From sequence record SRR31156797_6845: a DNA stretch of 64,000 bases. One strand, written 5' to 3'. The notes beneath the pieces were generated by a model that was not told where the DNA came from, did not search any database, and saw only the letters and a program-made list of their open reading frames with translations. Below, piece by piece: positions 29,611 to 39,693 of this stretch. Position numbers and translations under genes: made by a program. Within the stretch, counting starts at the first letter, position 1; each line of letters starts with the position of its first letter.

Positions 29611-29801
29611 AGTTGAGACGCAACACCTTTTTTTAAAGTTAACTATCCGCAAGAGGCCTCTGTTCTCAAGACAACTTATAACGCACAGGTAGTATTATAC
29701 TTTTCAGTTTCACTTGAAAAAAGTATCTTTGAACCTGTACATCGTCACTTTTTTGCCGTATATTTGATCGATAGACAACCTTCTCTTTTGTGCAATGAGT
29801 C

Positions 29802-30554
29802 ATGAATACCGATCAGACATTGTCGCATTCTGCGCTTTTATCCTCTCAGAGTGCTGGCTTGAATTCCAAACAACTCCAATCGCAACCGATTCGGGAGATT
29901 CGTGTACCTGGATCAAGTGTAACGAACAAGACCAGTAAAAATACAGGGACAAATGAAACTGTTGATCGTGTAACTCTGTCACCGGCAGGCAGACAAGCTG
30001 CCGCCAGCTTACCGCAGAAAACAAATGATGCCCAAAAAGAAAAACAGGAACCAGCAGAAAGCCAACCAGGAAAAAATGCTCAACAGGCAACAAAGCTCGA
30101 CGTTGAGGAACAGCGTGCTGTAGAACAGCTTAAGCAACGGGATATGGAAGTTCGCAGCCATGAGCAAGCCCACTTGGCAAATGCTGGTCAGTATGCCGCA
30201 GGCGGTGCACAATACACCTACCAAAAAGGCCCTGACGGAAGGCGGTATGCCATTGGTGGTGAAGTCCCGATCGATATCAGTAAAGAAAGTACGCCAGAAG
30301 CCACCATTCAAAAAATGCAAACTGTTCGAGAAGCTGCACTGGCGCCGGCAAGTCCCTCTTCAGCTGACCGGCAAATAGCTGCTAGCGCCACCCAAAAAGA
30401 AGCCCAGGCAAGACAGGAAATGCAAAAAGTAAATACCGAGGAATCCACTGCTGAGCCCTCTAAAGAGCCTGCCTCTTTCACAGGAACACTGTCGCCTGAA
30501 AACAGAACAGGTCCCCCTTCATCACCTCGGCAAGTTTTTTCCGCCGTTGCGTAA
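29802..30554 (+). CDS. SprA-related family protein (HExxH)
   Basis: RDMEVRSHEQAH, YTYQKGPDGRRYAIGGEV, AALAPASPSSAD. Confidence 0.85.
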   Translation: MNTDQTLSHSALLSSQSAGLNSKQLQSQPIREIRVPGSSVTNKTSKNTGTNETVDRVTLSPAGRQAAASLPQKTNDAQKEKQEPAESQPGKNAQQATKLDVEEQRAVEQLKQRDMEVRSHEQAHLANAGQYAAGGAQYTYQKGPDGRRYAIGGEVPIDISKESTPEATIQKMQTVREAALAPASPSSADRQIAASATQKEAQARQEMQKVNTEESTAEPSKEPASFTGTLSPENRTGPPSSPRQVFSAVA

Positions 30555-30665
30555 CGATTACCTCATAGCTTAGTCTATAGATACTCCTTTTGAAATCGAT
30601 AAACATTAACCCTGTACTTTTCCGTCATTGGACAGGACAGTGTTTTTTGCACCAGGATAAAAATC

Positions 30666-31982
30666 ATGCAACCAACTGACTTTGTACAAGGCCTTTTAAA
30701 ATACACCCACAGCTCTCCCACCCCCTTTCACGCAGTAAAAAACAGCGAGGAAATCCTCTCTCTTAACGGCTTTCAACGACTAGATGAAACTGCATCCTGG
30801 CAGGGGCTGGAACCTGGAGCATATTATGTTACCCGGAATCGCTCAAGCCTGATTGCTTTCAATCTTACCCGCGCACCGCATCCCAATCATACCCTGCGAA
30901 TGGCAGGAGCCCACACCGACAGTCCCTGCTTAAAAGTCAAACCTCAACCACTCATTACCAGTCAATCCTGCATTCAGATTGGGGTTGAAGTATATGGCGG
31001 AGCGTTGCTAGCTCCATGGTTTGACAGAGATCTCTCATTGGCAGGTCGTTTAACCTGGAAACCTCAGCAAGGACCAATGCAGTCCGGTCTCATAGATTTC
31101 AAAAGACCAGTTGCATGTATTCCCAGCCTGGCCATTCACCTGGATCGTGAAGCAAACAACAAGCGTTCAATTAACAAACAAACTGACATCGTTCCGCTGG
31201 CGTTACTGGCTCACGATGATACTAAGCCTGATTTTCACTCGCTGCTCAAAGAACAACTCGATATTGAATATCCTGCAAATCAGGCAACTTCTATCCTCGA
31301 CTTTGACCTCTATCTTTATGATGCCCAACCACCTGCTCGAGTTGGTTTCAACAAAGAGTTTCTTACCGGTGCAAGGTTTGACAACCTCCTCTCCTGTTAC
31401 GCACTTATTCAAGCAGCGACGATGCCTGCAGCCCTTCAGGACTTCATGATTGTACTCAATGATAACGAAGAAACCGGCTCCGTCTCTACCACTGGTGCCC
31501 AAGGTTCGTTTCTGCAGTCTGTGCTTGAACGCATCTACCCAGATCCTTCTCACCGCTCACGGGTAACCAGCAAGTCACTCTTTATTTCTGTGGACAATGC
31601 CCATGCAGTCCACCCCAATTTTCCAACACAACACGAAGGCAATCATCTGCCAAAACTCAACAGGGGGCCGGTACTCAAAAAAAATGCTAATCAGCGGTAT
31701 GCATCTAACAGTATTACCAGTGGGCTTTTTAAACTGATTTGCGATAAAGCTGAAATTCCGGTACAGGAATTTGTTATGCGGAATGACATGGCATGTGGAT
31801 CTACCATAGGCCCGTTAACCGCAGCAGCCATTGGTGTTCCAACGGTTGATATAGGAGTCCCATCCCTGGCCATGCATTCGATAAGAGAGACAGTAGGTAA
31901 CCTGGATGGCTGGTATCTTTTTGAGGCGCTCTCCATTTTTTTTCAGGAAGAACTAGAGCAGCTTTGCTGCCAGGATATATAA
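30666..31982 (+). CDS. M18 family aminopeptidase
   Basis: SPTPFH, GAHTDSP, WFDRDL, DNEETGS, DNAHAVHPN, CGSTIGP, MHSIRE. Confidence 0.95.
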   Translation: MQPTDFVQGLLKYTHSSPTPFHAVKNSEEILSLNGFQRLDETASWQGLEPGAYYVTRNRSSLIAFNLTRAPHPNHTLRMAGAHTDSPCLKVKPQPLITSQSCIQIGVEVYGGALLAPWFDRDLSLAGRLTWKPQQGPMQSGLIDFKRPVACIPSLAIHLDREANNKRSINKQTDIVPLALLAHDDTKPDFHSLLKEQLDIEYPANQATSILDFDLYLYDAQPPARVGFNKEFLTGARFDNLLSCYALIQAATMPAALQDFMIVLNDNEETGSVSTTGAQGSFLQSVLERIYPDPSHRSRVTSKSLFISVDNAHAVHPNFPTQHEGNHLPKLNRGPVLKKNANQRYASNSITSGLFKLICDKAEIPVQEFVMRNDMACGSTIGPLTAAAIGVPTVDIGVPSLAMHSIRETVGNLDGWYLFEALSIFFQEELEQLCCQDI

Positions 31983-32605
31983 TGCAAAAACGTCTTTCCA
32001 GCTGGTTCAGCTACCTGATCATACTCTGCTTGCTATGCCTGGTACATACTTCGGCTGCGAATGCTGCATTGTCAAAGTATGTTAAAAAACACAAGGACAT
32101 AACTGTTACAAATCAGCAGGCCGCCAATGTAGCCCGTTTTAATCACCTCATTGAATATTTCAGCTCATTTTCTTATTTTAAACCTCGGCATAAGGTAAAT
32201 GCCAATTTCATACGGGCACTCATGCTTGCTGAGTCCAATGGTGATCCCAGAGCGACTTCCAGCAAAGATGCCAAGGGCCTCTGCCAGATAACCTTCCCTA
32301 CAGGTAAGCAGGCTGCCAGTGAATTAGCCAAAAAAAATATTAATTTTCGTTATGTCTCCAAACGCCGCCTGCTCAATCTCCGCCCTCAAGACCTGTACAG
32401 CCCATCCATAAATATCCTGCTGACGTGTTATCTCATCTCCAAATACAATTACAATTTCCAAGGCAAACTGGACTTGGTCGTTGCCGCCTGGAATGCAGGA
32501 GAATATTCAATCACCAACAATCGCCCCCCTCAGTATAAAGAAACCCTCAACCTCATTGGCAAGGTCAACGGCTATTTTATTTATTTCCTTAAAAACAAGC
32601 GCTGA
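31982..32605 (+). CDS. Exported lytic transglycosylase (SLT domain)
   Basis: Signal peptide; AESNG...S..AKGLCQ; AAWNAG. Confidence 0.88.
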   Translation: MQKRLSSWFSYLIILCLLCLVHTSAANAALSKYVKKHKDITVTNQQAANVARFNHLIEYFSSFSYFKPRHKVNANFIRALMLAESNGDPRATSSKDAKGLCQITFPTGKQAASELAKKNINFRYVSKRRLLNLRPQDLYSPSINILLTCYLISKYNYNFQGKLDLVVAAWNAGEYSITNNRPPQYKETLNLIGKVNGYFIYFLKNKR

Positions 32606-32672
32606 AGCAGAGTGGTCTCTCTTTAAAAATGAATATATCCCATCAACGACCAAACCCAAATATGCAAACACA

Positions 32673-33914
32673 TTACCTGCACACTGCCTTGCCTGCGACC
32701 CAACCAGTACTGAAGGCTGCCTGCAGATTGTACCCCCCGGTGTCTGCCTGTATATCCAGTAATTCACCAACAATATATAACCCCTTGCTCTTTTTCGACT
32801 CCATGGTGGATGGATCTATCTCTGCTGTCTTAACCCCCCCTGCTGTAACAATGGCCTCGTCAAGGGAACCGTAACCAGTTATCTCAAATCTAAAATTTTT
32901 GAGCCAATGTCGTATCTTTTTCCTAGCCTGAGCCGGCAGCATAACTGCTGTCATCTCGAGATCGACCTGAGCATAGTCAAGACAAGCTGGAATTAACTCC
33001 TGTGGCAAAAGTCCTCTCAAAAAACTGCCCATGGGATCATGGGGACGTTTTTTCAAATCCCTTTGCAGCCTGGCTTCAAGTTTAGCATCGTCTAGCGCTG
33101 GTTTAAGATCCAAGATAACCGCCACTTTTGCTCTAGAACGCAGTGCATCAACAACAAGGGAACTGAGTGTGAGTATAATCGGACCGGAAAGGCCATGCTT
33201 GGTAAAACTGAGTTCACCAAATGCCTGCGCCTTTCTCTTACCATTGATAAACAGACGAGCATTAATATTTTTTAATTGCAATCCGACCAAGCCGTTGGCA
33301 ACTTTTTCTGCAGTGCGCAGTGGAACCAGGGCAGGACGAGTAGCAACAATGCAATGACCAGCAGACTTTGCTAAACGATACCCGTCCCCGGTTGAACCGG
33401 TACGCGGATAACTGGCCCCGCCTGTTGCAAGGATAACAGCATCAGCATATAATTTTTTTTTGTTATTGCAGACCACTCCAGCAACCCGTTCATTTTGAAT
33501 CAGGAGGTCTACAACAGAGACATCTGTCCGTAATTCCACTCCCACATCTTTAACCCAATCGACCAATATACGAGCGACTAAAGGGGCATCCCCATCTGCT
33601 GGAAAAACGCGCCCGCCTCTTTCAAATCCGATTTTCAAGCCTTGTCCCTCTAAAAAGGTTATCAGTTCGGTTGAAAAAAACTGAGCAAAAGCTTGCCTGA
33701 GAAAACGACCCGATTTCCCAAAATGGGCAATAAAATCTACTAACGAAGCTGTATTTGTGATATTACAGCGCCCCTTGCCGGTTATCCGTACTTTCCTAGC
33801 CGGGGTTTTCATCTTTTCCAGTAAAATGACGCGCGCACCGCTGGATGCAGCCATACCTGCAGCCATCAGTCCAGATGCACCTCCGCCTATGACAATTATA
33901 TTTTTCTTGGCCAT
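32673..33914 (-). CDS. HI0933/YhiN/BaiN-family flavoprotein
   Basis: GGGASG, TGKGRCNITN, GRVFP, TGSTGDGY, VTAGGV, TGGYNLQAA. Confidence 0.92.
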   Translation of the reverse strand: MAKKNIIVIGGGASGLMAAGMAASSGARVILLEKMKTPARKVRITGKGRCNITNTASLVDFIAHFGKSGRFLRQAFAQFFSTELITFLEGQGLKIGFERGGRVFPADGDAPLVARILVDWVKDVGVELRTDVSVVDLLIQNERVAGVVCNNKKKLYADAVILATGGASYPRTGSTGDGYRLAKSAGHCIVATRPALVPLRTAEKVANGLVGLQLKNINARLFINGKRKAQAFGELSFTKHGLSGPIILTLSSLVVDALRSRAKVAVILDLKPALDDAKLEARLQRDLKKRPHDPMGSFLRGLLPQELIPACLDYAQVDLEMTAVMLPAQARKKIRHWLKNFRFEITGYGSLDEAIVTAGGVKTAEIDPSTMESKKSKGLYIVGELLDIQADTGGYNLQAAFSTGWVAGKAVCR

Positions 33915-34072
33915 TATAGAATGTATTGAGGAAATGAGAGAAAATTGAAAGAAATGATACTAACAAAAAAGGCGGCAGCAACTCTGACGAGTTGCACTGT
34001 TAATAAAAAGCTGTATCAGAGGAAAAGCTTCCTTCTTATCACATCCTCCTTCTTACTGTTACCACTTTTTGG

Positions 34073-36190
34073 TTACACCTCACTTTTTGTTGATAATAAA
34101 TGCCCTCTTTTCCCGGCTCCGTCGAGTACAGACCGCACCGAATGACCAAGATCTTCCATAAGGACAGGTTTAGCAAGATACCCATCAACTCCTATAGCGG
34201 ATGACTTATCAATGTCAAGCTGCTCACTGAAACCAGTAGTGATTATCACCGGAATTTCGTTATTAATCTTCCTCATCTTCGCAAGCAGCTGCAGTCCTGT
34301 TAAGTGCGGCATTGTTAGATCTGTTATCACCAGATCTATCTGGTCATGGATATTTCGAAATGCCTCAAATGCCTCAAGGCTACTAACCCGCATGGTCACA
34401 TTATACCCCAATCTTTCCAGCATATTTTTGGAAACTTCTGCAACGGATTTCTCATCATCAACCAAGAGAATATGTTCTTCGCCTCCCGGAATAGGCCCAA
34501 GCATTTTCTGATTGGTAGAACTGCTTTTTTTCACCTCGACAACAGGGAGGTATACAAAAAAGGTGGTGCCGCTACCCACCTCACTTGTCACCCGAATACC
34601 TCCACCATATCCACGCAAAATACCATGTACGACGGACAACCCTAGACCAGTCCCTTTATTCCTTGCCTTAGTGGTGAAATAAGGATCAAATATTTTGTCT
34701 ATGGTGGCAGTATTCATGCCGTGGCCAGTATCCTCCACAGTAAGACACAGGTAACGACCAGGCGAAAGTGTTTCATCATAACAATCTTCAACCCCCAGGA
34801 AAACTTCTTGTAGTTGAAGCTGCAGTGTGCCCTTTGTGTTTTCCATGGCATGGAAGCCATTGGTGACCAGATTCATAATTACTTGATGCAACTGAGTAGT
34901 ATCAGCCATAACTAAAGGTAAGTTAACCGGTATTTCCTGGGCAAGCTTAATCGTCGCTGGCAAAATCGGCCGAATAAGCTGGACCACTTCCTCCAGAACT
35001 TTATCCATAGAAACTGGTCTGATTTCCTGACCAACCTCCCTACTGAAAGTCAAAATTTGCCTGACAAGATCACGCGCTCTTTTAGAAGCATCCAGTATTC
35101 TTTGGCAATGTTCCCGCATCAGTGCATTGTTGCCGGCTTCCAGCAACATCAATTCTGCTCTACCCATAATGGGAGAAAGGATATTATTGAAATCGTGGGC
35201 AATTCCACCTGCAAGGCTTCCAATGGCTTCCAACTTCTGGGTTTGTTGAATTTGTTTTTCGTACTGTTTCTTTTCCTGCTTAAGCTGGGTTTGCTCTGTT
35301 ATATCAATGACCGACGCATACACTTTTTCCCAATTTTCCTCGCAGCCCTCTGCAATCACAGCTCGCAGTTCAATGGTCAAGTTTCGGCCGGACAATGTAC
35401 GGTTTGAAATGGTCACTTCAAAGGATCCTCGATCAAGAAAACCAATAATTTCTTCTTTGATAATCCACTCAGACCCTTGGGGTAGGATGTCTTTAATGCA
35501 CGATAGATCTTTTTTATCATCAAGCTCGTATAACTCAAGGGTACGTGCATTGACATCACTAACCTTAATCTTGTCAGCGCACACCTCCAAAGCTTCAGGG
35601 TGCATCTCAAAGTACGCGGCAAAGTCATGTGTGCCTTCTGCTCGAAGTCCATCAAGATAGCTTTTTACTTCTGACAAATCTTCTTCCCATAAGGAAATCG
35701 GAGATTGTTCAAAAAGACTGCGATACCGCGCCTCAGCCTTTTTCAATTCTTCCGTTGTTGCTATAATGACTTTCTTTTTTCGATAGTTAAGAATAATTAA
35801 CAGAACTAATAAAGCAATAATAACGATAAGCCCGCCATCGGTGGATACGGGTTTAGAGTAAAGACCAATATATCCATACAGGCTCCTTGGCAAAGAGTAA
35901 TCTCCAGCAGAGTTGGGCTCAATTGCTTGATGGTCTTTTTCCATTTCATCATAGGAAATGTTGACCACTTGGCTTTTGGCAGCCGCCCTGGCGCTGTTAT
36001 AGCTGTTTAAGATCCCTTTATCTTCCTGACTTGGGTATGAATGTCCCACTGGAGTAGCCGTAAGAGCCCAGCTAAAAAGGAGGAGCAGGGTAAGTATCAA
36101 ACAAGTCCTGCGAAAATGGAGCACTGTTAAATTTAAAAAGATAGTGTTCACAATAGTACGAACCGCAATAAAAATTAGAGGCATAGGCAC
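34073..36190 (-). CDS. Membrane hybrid histidine kinase (PAS-HisKA-HATPase-REC)
   Basis: Two hydrophobic segments, YRSLFEQSP PAS start, AGGIAHDFNNIL, GTGLGL, C-terminal REC; start uncertain. Confidence 0.88.
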   Translation of the reverse strand: MPMPLIFIAVRTIVNTIFLNLTVLHFRRTCLILTLLLLFSWALTATPVGHSYPSQEDKGILNSYNSARAAAKSQVVNISYDEMEKDHQAIEPNSAGDYSLPRSLYGYIGLYSKPVSTDGGLIVIIALLVLLIILNYRKKKVIIATTEELKKAEARYRSLFEQSPISLWEEDLSEVKSYLDGLRAEGTHDFAAYFEMHPEALEVCADKIKVSDVNARTLELYELDDKKDLSCIKDILPQGSEWIIKEEIIGFLDRGSFEVTISNRTLSGRNLTIELRAVIAEGCEENWEKVYASVIDITEQTQLKQEKKQYEKQIQQTQKLEAIGSLAGGIAHDFNNILSPIMGRAELMLLEAGNNALMREHCQRILDASKRARDLVRQILTFSREVGQEIRPVSMDKVLEEVVQLIRPILPATIKLAQEIPVNLPLVMADTTQLHQVIMNLVTNGFHAMENTKGTLQLQLQEVFLGVEDCYDETLSPGRYLCLTVEDTGHGMNTATIDKIFDPYFTTKARNKGTGLGLSVVHGILRGYGGGIRVTSEVGSGTTFFVYLPVVEVKKSSSTNQKMLGPIPGGEEHILLVDDEKSVAEVSKNMLERLGYNVTMRVSSLEAFEAFRNIHDQIDLVITDLTMPHLTGLQLLAKMRKINNEIPVIITTGFSEQLDIDKSSAIGVDGYLAKPVLMEDLGHSVRSVLDGAGKRGHLLSTKSEV

Positions 36191-36614
36191 AATTACTACT
36201 TACTATCCTAGGACGGAAAAGCCTTTTTTGTCAAAAGTTTAAAAAATGAAATTTGTTAATTAATAAGGATTTTTTCAACATATTACAGGAGGAAGCTCCA
36301 GGTAAAGCCTGACACCAAAAGCAAGGTAATCACCTTCCTTGCATATGGGAAAAGAATTACCTTCCCAGCACCATAAATAACGACTGCAGCACCCAATACT
36401 TTTTACTCCAACCTCACTACTCACATTACATTTTCATTTCCTTCTTGAAATCCACAGTCCTTACATCTTTGCGGTTACAGCCTAAGGCCCTCAATCAAAT
36501 TTTTCTTTTTGTTTTTTTCCTGTTATATTGTAGACAAAGAGTTCATAGTCATATTCTTTCATGTCAAGGATACCATTATATATATGTTCCTCAAGTTGTA
36601 AGGAGACACAATTC

Positions 36615-37769
36615 ATGGCAATATTTAAATACCAGGCAAAAGACCTTTTCCAATGGCTTACTGAAAAACAGGATATCGTTGTCCTCGATGTTCGTAACGA
36701 TAAAGACTTCAACAGGTTTCAGGTTGAAAGCCCTTATTCTTTTAAAATGCTCAATGTCTCTTATTATGATTTCATGGAAATAGAAGAGGAATCTGTCAAC
36801 CGGGTACCAAAGAATAAAGATATCAAAATTGTGTGTGCCAAGGAAGGATCAGCCAAATATGTTGCTGAAATTTTAGAGAAAAACGGCTTCACAGACGTCG
36901 GGTATCTAGCAGGAGGTATTAAGTCATGGGGCAATCTACTGGTCCCTAAAAAGATCGAACAAAATGACGAATACGAACTCTACCAGTTTATTCGTCCTGG
37001 AAAAGCTTCATGCAGTTATGGGTTGATCAGCGGCAAGGAAATAATGTTTTTTGACCCCTCACGAGCTATTGATTTTTATCTGGATTTTGCAAAACAAAAG
37101 GAATGTGAAGTTGTCAGGACATTTGAGACCCATCTTCAGGCAGATTATATTGCCGGTAGCCGTGATATAGCAAATACAACAGGCGCTGTATTTCATGCCA
37201 ATGAAAATGACTTCCAAGGATCAAAAAACCCTTATAAGCAATTGGTGGATGGTGAAAATTTCACATTTAGCAATGGTGGGCCGCAGGTGCGAGTTTTGTT
37301 CACTCCTGGACACACTCCGGGATCAACCTGTTTTATCATTGATGATAAGTACCTCATTTCCGGTGATATGATTTTCATCAATTCTGTCGGACGCCCTGAC
37401 CTTGGGGGAAAAGCCGAGGATTGGGCACATCTGCTTTATGATTCTATTCAACTCATTAAACAACTTGACCCGACTCTTAATGTTCTTCCCGGTCACTATA
37501 TTGACTGGTCTGAAGCCAATGATGATCTCTTATTCATGCTGCCTCTGCAACAGACCTTAGATCGCAACAAAAACATTTACGATATCAGCGAATTAGCAGT
37601 TTTTATTCAGTTCATCAAAGATAATATGCGGCCCCAGCCTGATGAGTATGCCACAATCCGCCTGGTCAATGCCAATCTTGAACAGTTTGAAGACGACAAA
37701 CAAGAAGAACTCGACCTCGGAAAGAATGAATGTGCAGCCTCTGCGTATGCAAAAACGCAGGCACAATGA
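36615..37769 (+). CDS. Rhodanese / MBL-fold fusion (persulfide dioxygenase-like)
   Basis: N-terminal rhodanese (LDVR, VCAKEGS, LAGG); MBL THLQADY, PGHTPGS, GRPDL, PGH; RBS AGGAG. Confidence 0.88.
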   Translation: MAIFKYQAKDLFQWLTEKQDIVVLDVRNDKDFNRFQVESPYSFKMLNVSYYDFMEIEEESVNRVPKNKDIKIVCAKEGSAKYVAEILEKNGFTDVGYLAGGIKSWGNLLVPKKIEQNDEYELYQFIRPGKASCSYGLISGKEIMFFDPSRAIDFYLDFAKQKECEVVRTFETHLQADYIAGSRDIANTTGAVFHANENDFQGSKNPYKQLVDGENFTFSNGGPQVRVLFTPGHTPGSTCFIIDDKYLISGDMIFINSVGRPDLGGKAEDWAHLLYDSIQLIKQLDPTLNVLPGHYIDWSEANDDLLFMLPLQQTLDRNKNIYDISELAVFIQFIKDNMRPQPDEYATIRLVNANLEQFEDDKQEELDLGKNECAASAYAKTQAQ

Positions 37770-37788
37770 TACGTGTAATATCTCAATA

Positions 37789-38069
37789 TTAAGGGCTCTT
37801 TTAAAGTGTACTCCTGCACAGACCTTGTTTTTGGTGACAGGCACACATTGAGCCTTTAAGCTTGGTATGTTTTACCAACAAAGGCCATTATTTCTGTACC
37901 AGTCAACGCAGCCCTCTGGTGACAGAACCTTGTAGCCCAGGAGACAAAATTATTTTCTCAGCATAAAGAGAGGTGACTGATTTTATTAATTTTTCTTGAA
38001 TACCAAAGAGCATAGACGTTGGTCTGTCTCCCGGCTTTAAGAGAGCAATAAAATCAGTCGCCTGGCTGC
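37789..38069 (+). ncRNA. Candidate structured non-coding RNA or palindromic element (unassigned)
   Basis: Two long rod hairpins (37789-37859, 37971-38063) whose mismatches are G-U pairs on the + strand; GNRA-capped hairpin at 37915-37926. Confidence 0.35.
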
Positions 38070-38125
38070 CCCGGTAAACAATTAGCAAAGTTTTTTACGT
38101 CATTCTAAAAAAATAGAACATCCTG

Positions 38126-38848
38126 ATGCCTTGTCGTCCGATCTTTTATTTATGTCTGCTTGTCCTGGCAGCACTACCCCGCCCCGGCAGCAGTTCATCC
38201 CTGCCTATTCAAACTGGCGACAAGGCTCAACAACTCTTCACAACCATCAAAGATCCGTTGAGCCAAAAACTCTCAGCCAAGGGACTTTCCCTTGGCAGTC
38301 AGGTGTTCATTCGAATTCTTAAACTACCAGGAACCCTTGAGTTGTGGGTTAAAAAAGGCACAACTTTTAAACTCTTTTTTTCCTATCCCATCTGCTCCTA
38401 TTCCGGGTATCCTGGTCCCAAAATGAAAGAAGGCGACTGGCAAAGTCCGGAAGGTTTTTACCAGGTGCAACTTAATCAACTTAATCCTATATCTAATTAT
38501 CACCTTGCCTTTGACATTGGCTATCCTAACCTTTACGATAGCAAAAACAATCGAGATGGAAGTAATATTATGGTTCATGGCGGTTGCTCCTCAACAGGTT
38601 GCTTTGCCATGGGGGACAAGTGGATAGAGGAAATTTATTTTACTGTGCAGGAGGCATTACTCAATGGCCAACAAAGTGTACAGGTCCACATATTTCCGTT
38701 TGCACTGACCAAGCCAAACCTACAACGCTTCTCCCATTCACCTTGGTTCAACTTCTGGAATTCGATTGCTCCCATATACAATTTTTTTGAAACAAAAAAA
38801 CAACTACCGGCAATAACCATCGTAAATAACAACTACTCTCTCAACTAA
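38126..38848 (+). CDS. L,D-transpeptidase-like protein (YafK/DpaA type)
   Basis: GPKMKEGDWQSPEGFY, YHLAFDIGYPN, IMVHGGCSSTGCFAM. Confidence 0.9.
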   Translation: MPCRPIFYLCLLVLAALPRPGSSSSLPIQTGDKAQQLFTTIKDPLSQKLSAKGLSLGSQVFIRILKLPGTLELWVKKGTTFKLFFSYPICSYSGYPGPKMKEGDWQSPEGFYQVQLNQLNPISNYHLAFDIGYPNLYDSKNNRDGSNIMVHGGCSSTGCFAMGDKWIEEIYFTVQEALLNGQQSVQVHIFPFALTKPNLQRFSHSPWFNFWNSIAPIYNFFETKKQLPAITIVNNNYSLN

Positions 38849-39230
38849 GCATCTGCCCGCAAATGCATTGGGTAATATCGCGTTCATATTTGGCCTGAAT
38901 TTCGCATGAATTCAGGTCGCTCCAGGTTCAGTCTTTGATAGTAAACAGGTAAACGTAGACTCCGAGGGTAGACTTTTTTTACCCCTATAATACTGAAGAA
39001 GGCAGTGCCGCATTGACTGACCTTTGGTGAGCATTTTGTCTGTTTTTTATCTAGTTGAATTAAACCACAGACGAAGTTGTGCTACGTTGCTGACTTTTTG
39101 ATTGAAGATCAACCAAAGATGGCCTAAATAATATAATGCGAGGGATTCAAGTTATTTCCGGGCAACCCCTAAGAAATACATTAGAATATTTATCAAGTTT
39201 CCTTTCACTCACTAACCAGGCATCTAACCT

Positions 39231-39566
39231 ATGAATAACGAACGCCGAAAAGCGCAACGCATACATTTTACCTCCACAGCACGGGTTCATTTAAACTCTG
39301 GGCAAACACTCTCGGCCGCTGTCGAAACTGACAACATAAGCCTTAATGGGATTTTTCTCATAACCAAAGATAAGATTTCCCTCCAAACCGACTGTTCGAT
39401 TGATATTACACTGGAAGGAGCAAGCAGCGCCATGCAATTTACTGTTGATGGTACTGTTTGCCGGCACGAGCCTGAAGGTTTTGCAGTGGCTTTTTCTAAG
39501 CTTGGCCCTGACAGTTTCGCTCACATCACTAACTTAGTCAACCTGCGCGACCAATCTAAAAAATAA
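39231..39566 (+). CDS. Stand-alone PilZ domain protein
   Basis: c-di-GMP switch motifs RRKAQR (RxxxR) and NISLNG. Confidence 0.9.
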   Translation: MNNERRKAQRIHFTSTARVHLNSGQTLSAAVETDNISLNGIFLITKDKISLQTDCSIDITLEGASSAMQFTVDGTVCRHEPEGFAVAFSKLGPDSFAHITNLVNLRDQSKK

Positions 39567-39693
39567 GCACTACAGCGTGTTGTAATTTAGAAAAAATCTA
39601 CCATCAGCTCTTTCTCTGCATTAGTTACGGGTTAGAACCTTTTCTTAGCAGATAACATAGCCTTTATATCCTTCGACAACACATGTCAGAGAA

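Noticed and set aside
37767-37800. Selenocysteine read-through at the TGA of the rhodanese-MBL gene
   Set aside because: The protein ends as expected for the family (GKNECA), and an in-frame TAA follows within three codons.
39098-39112. FNR/HcpR-like site TTGAT-N5-ATCAA upstream of pilZ
   Set aside because: The spacer is one base too long for a Crp/Fnr-family box.
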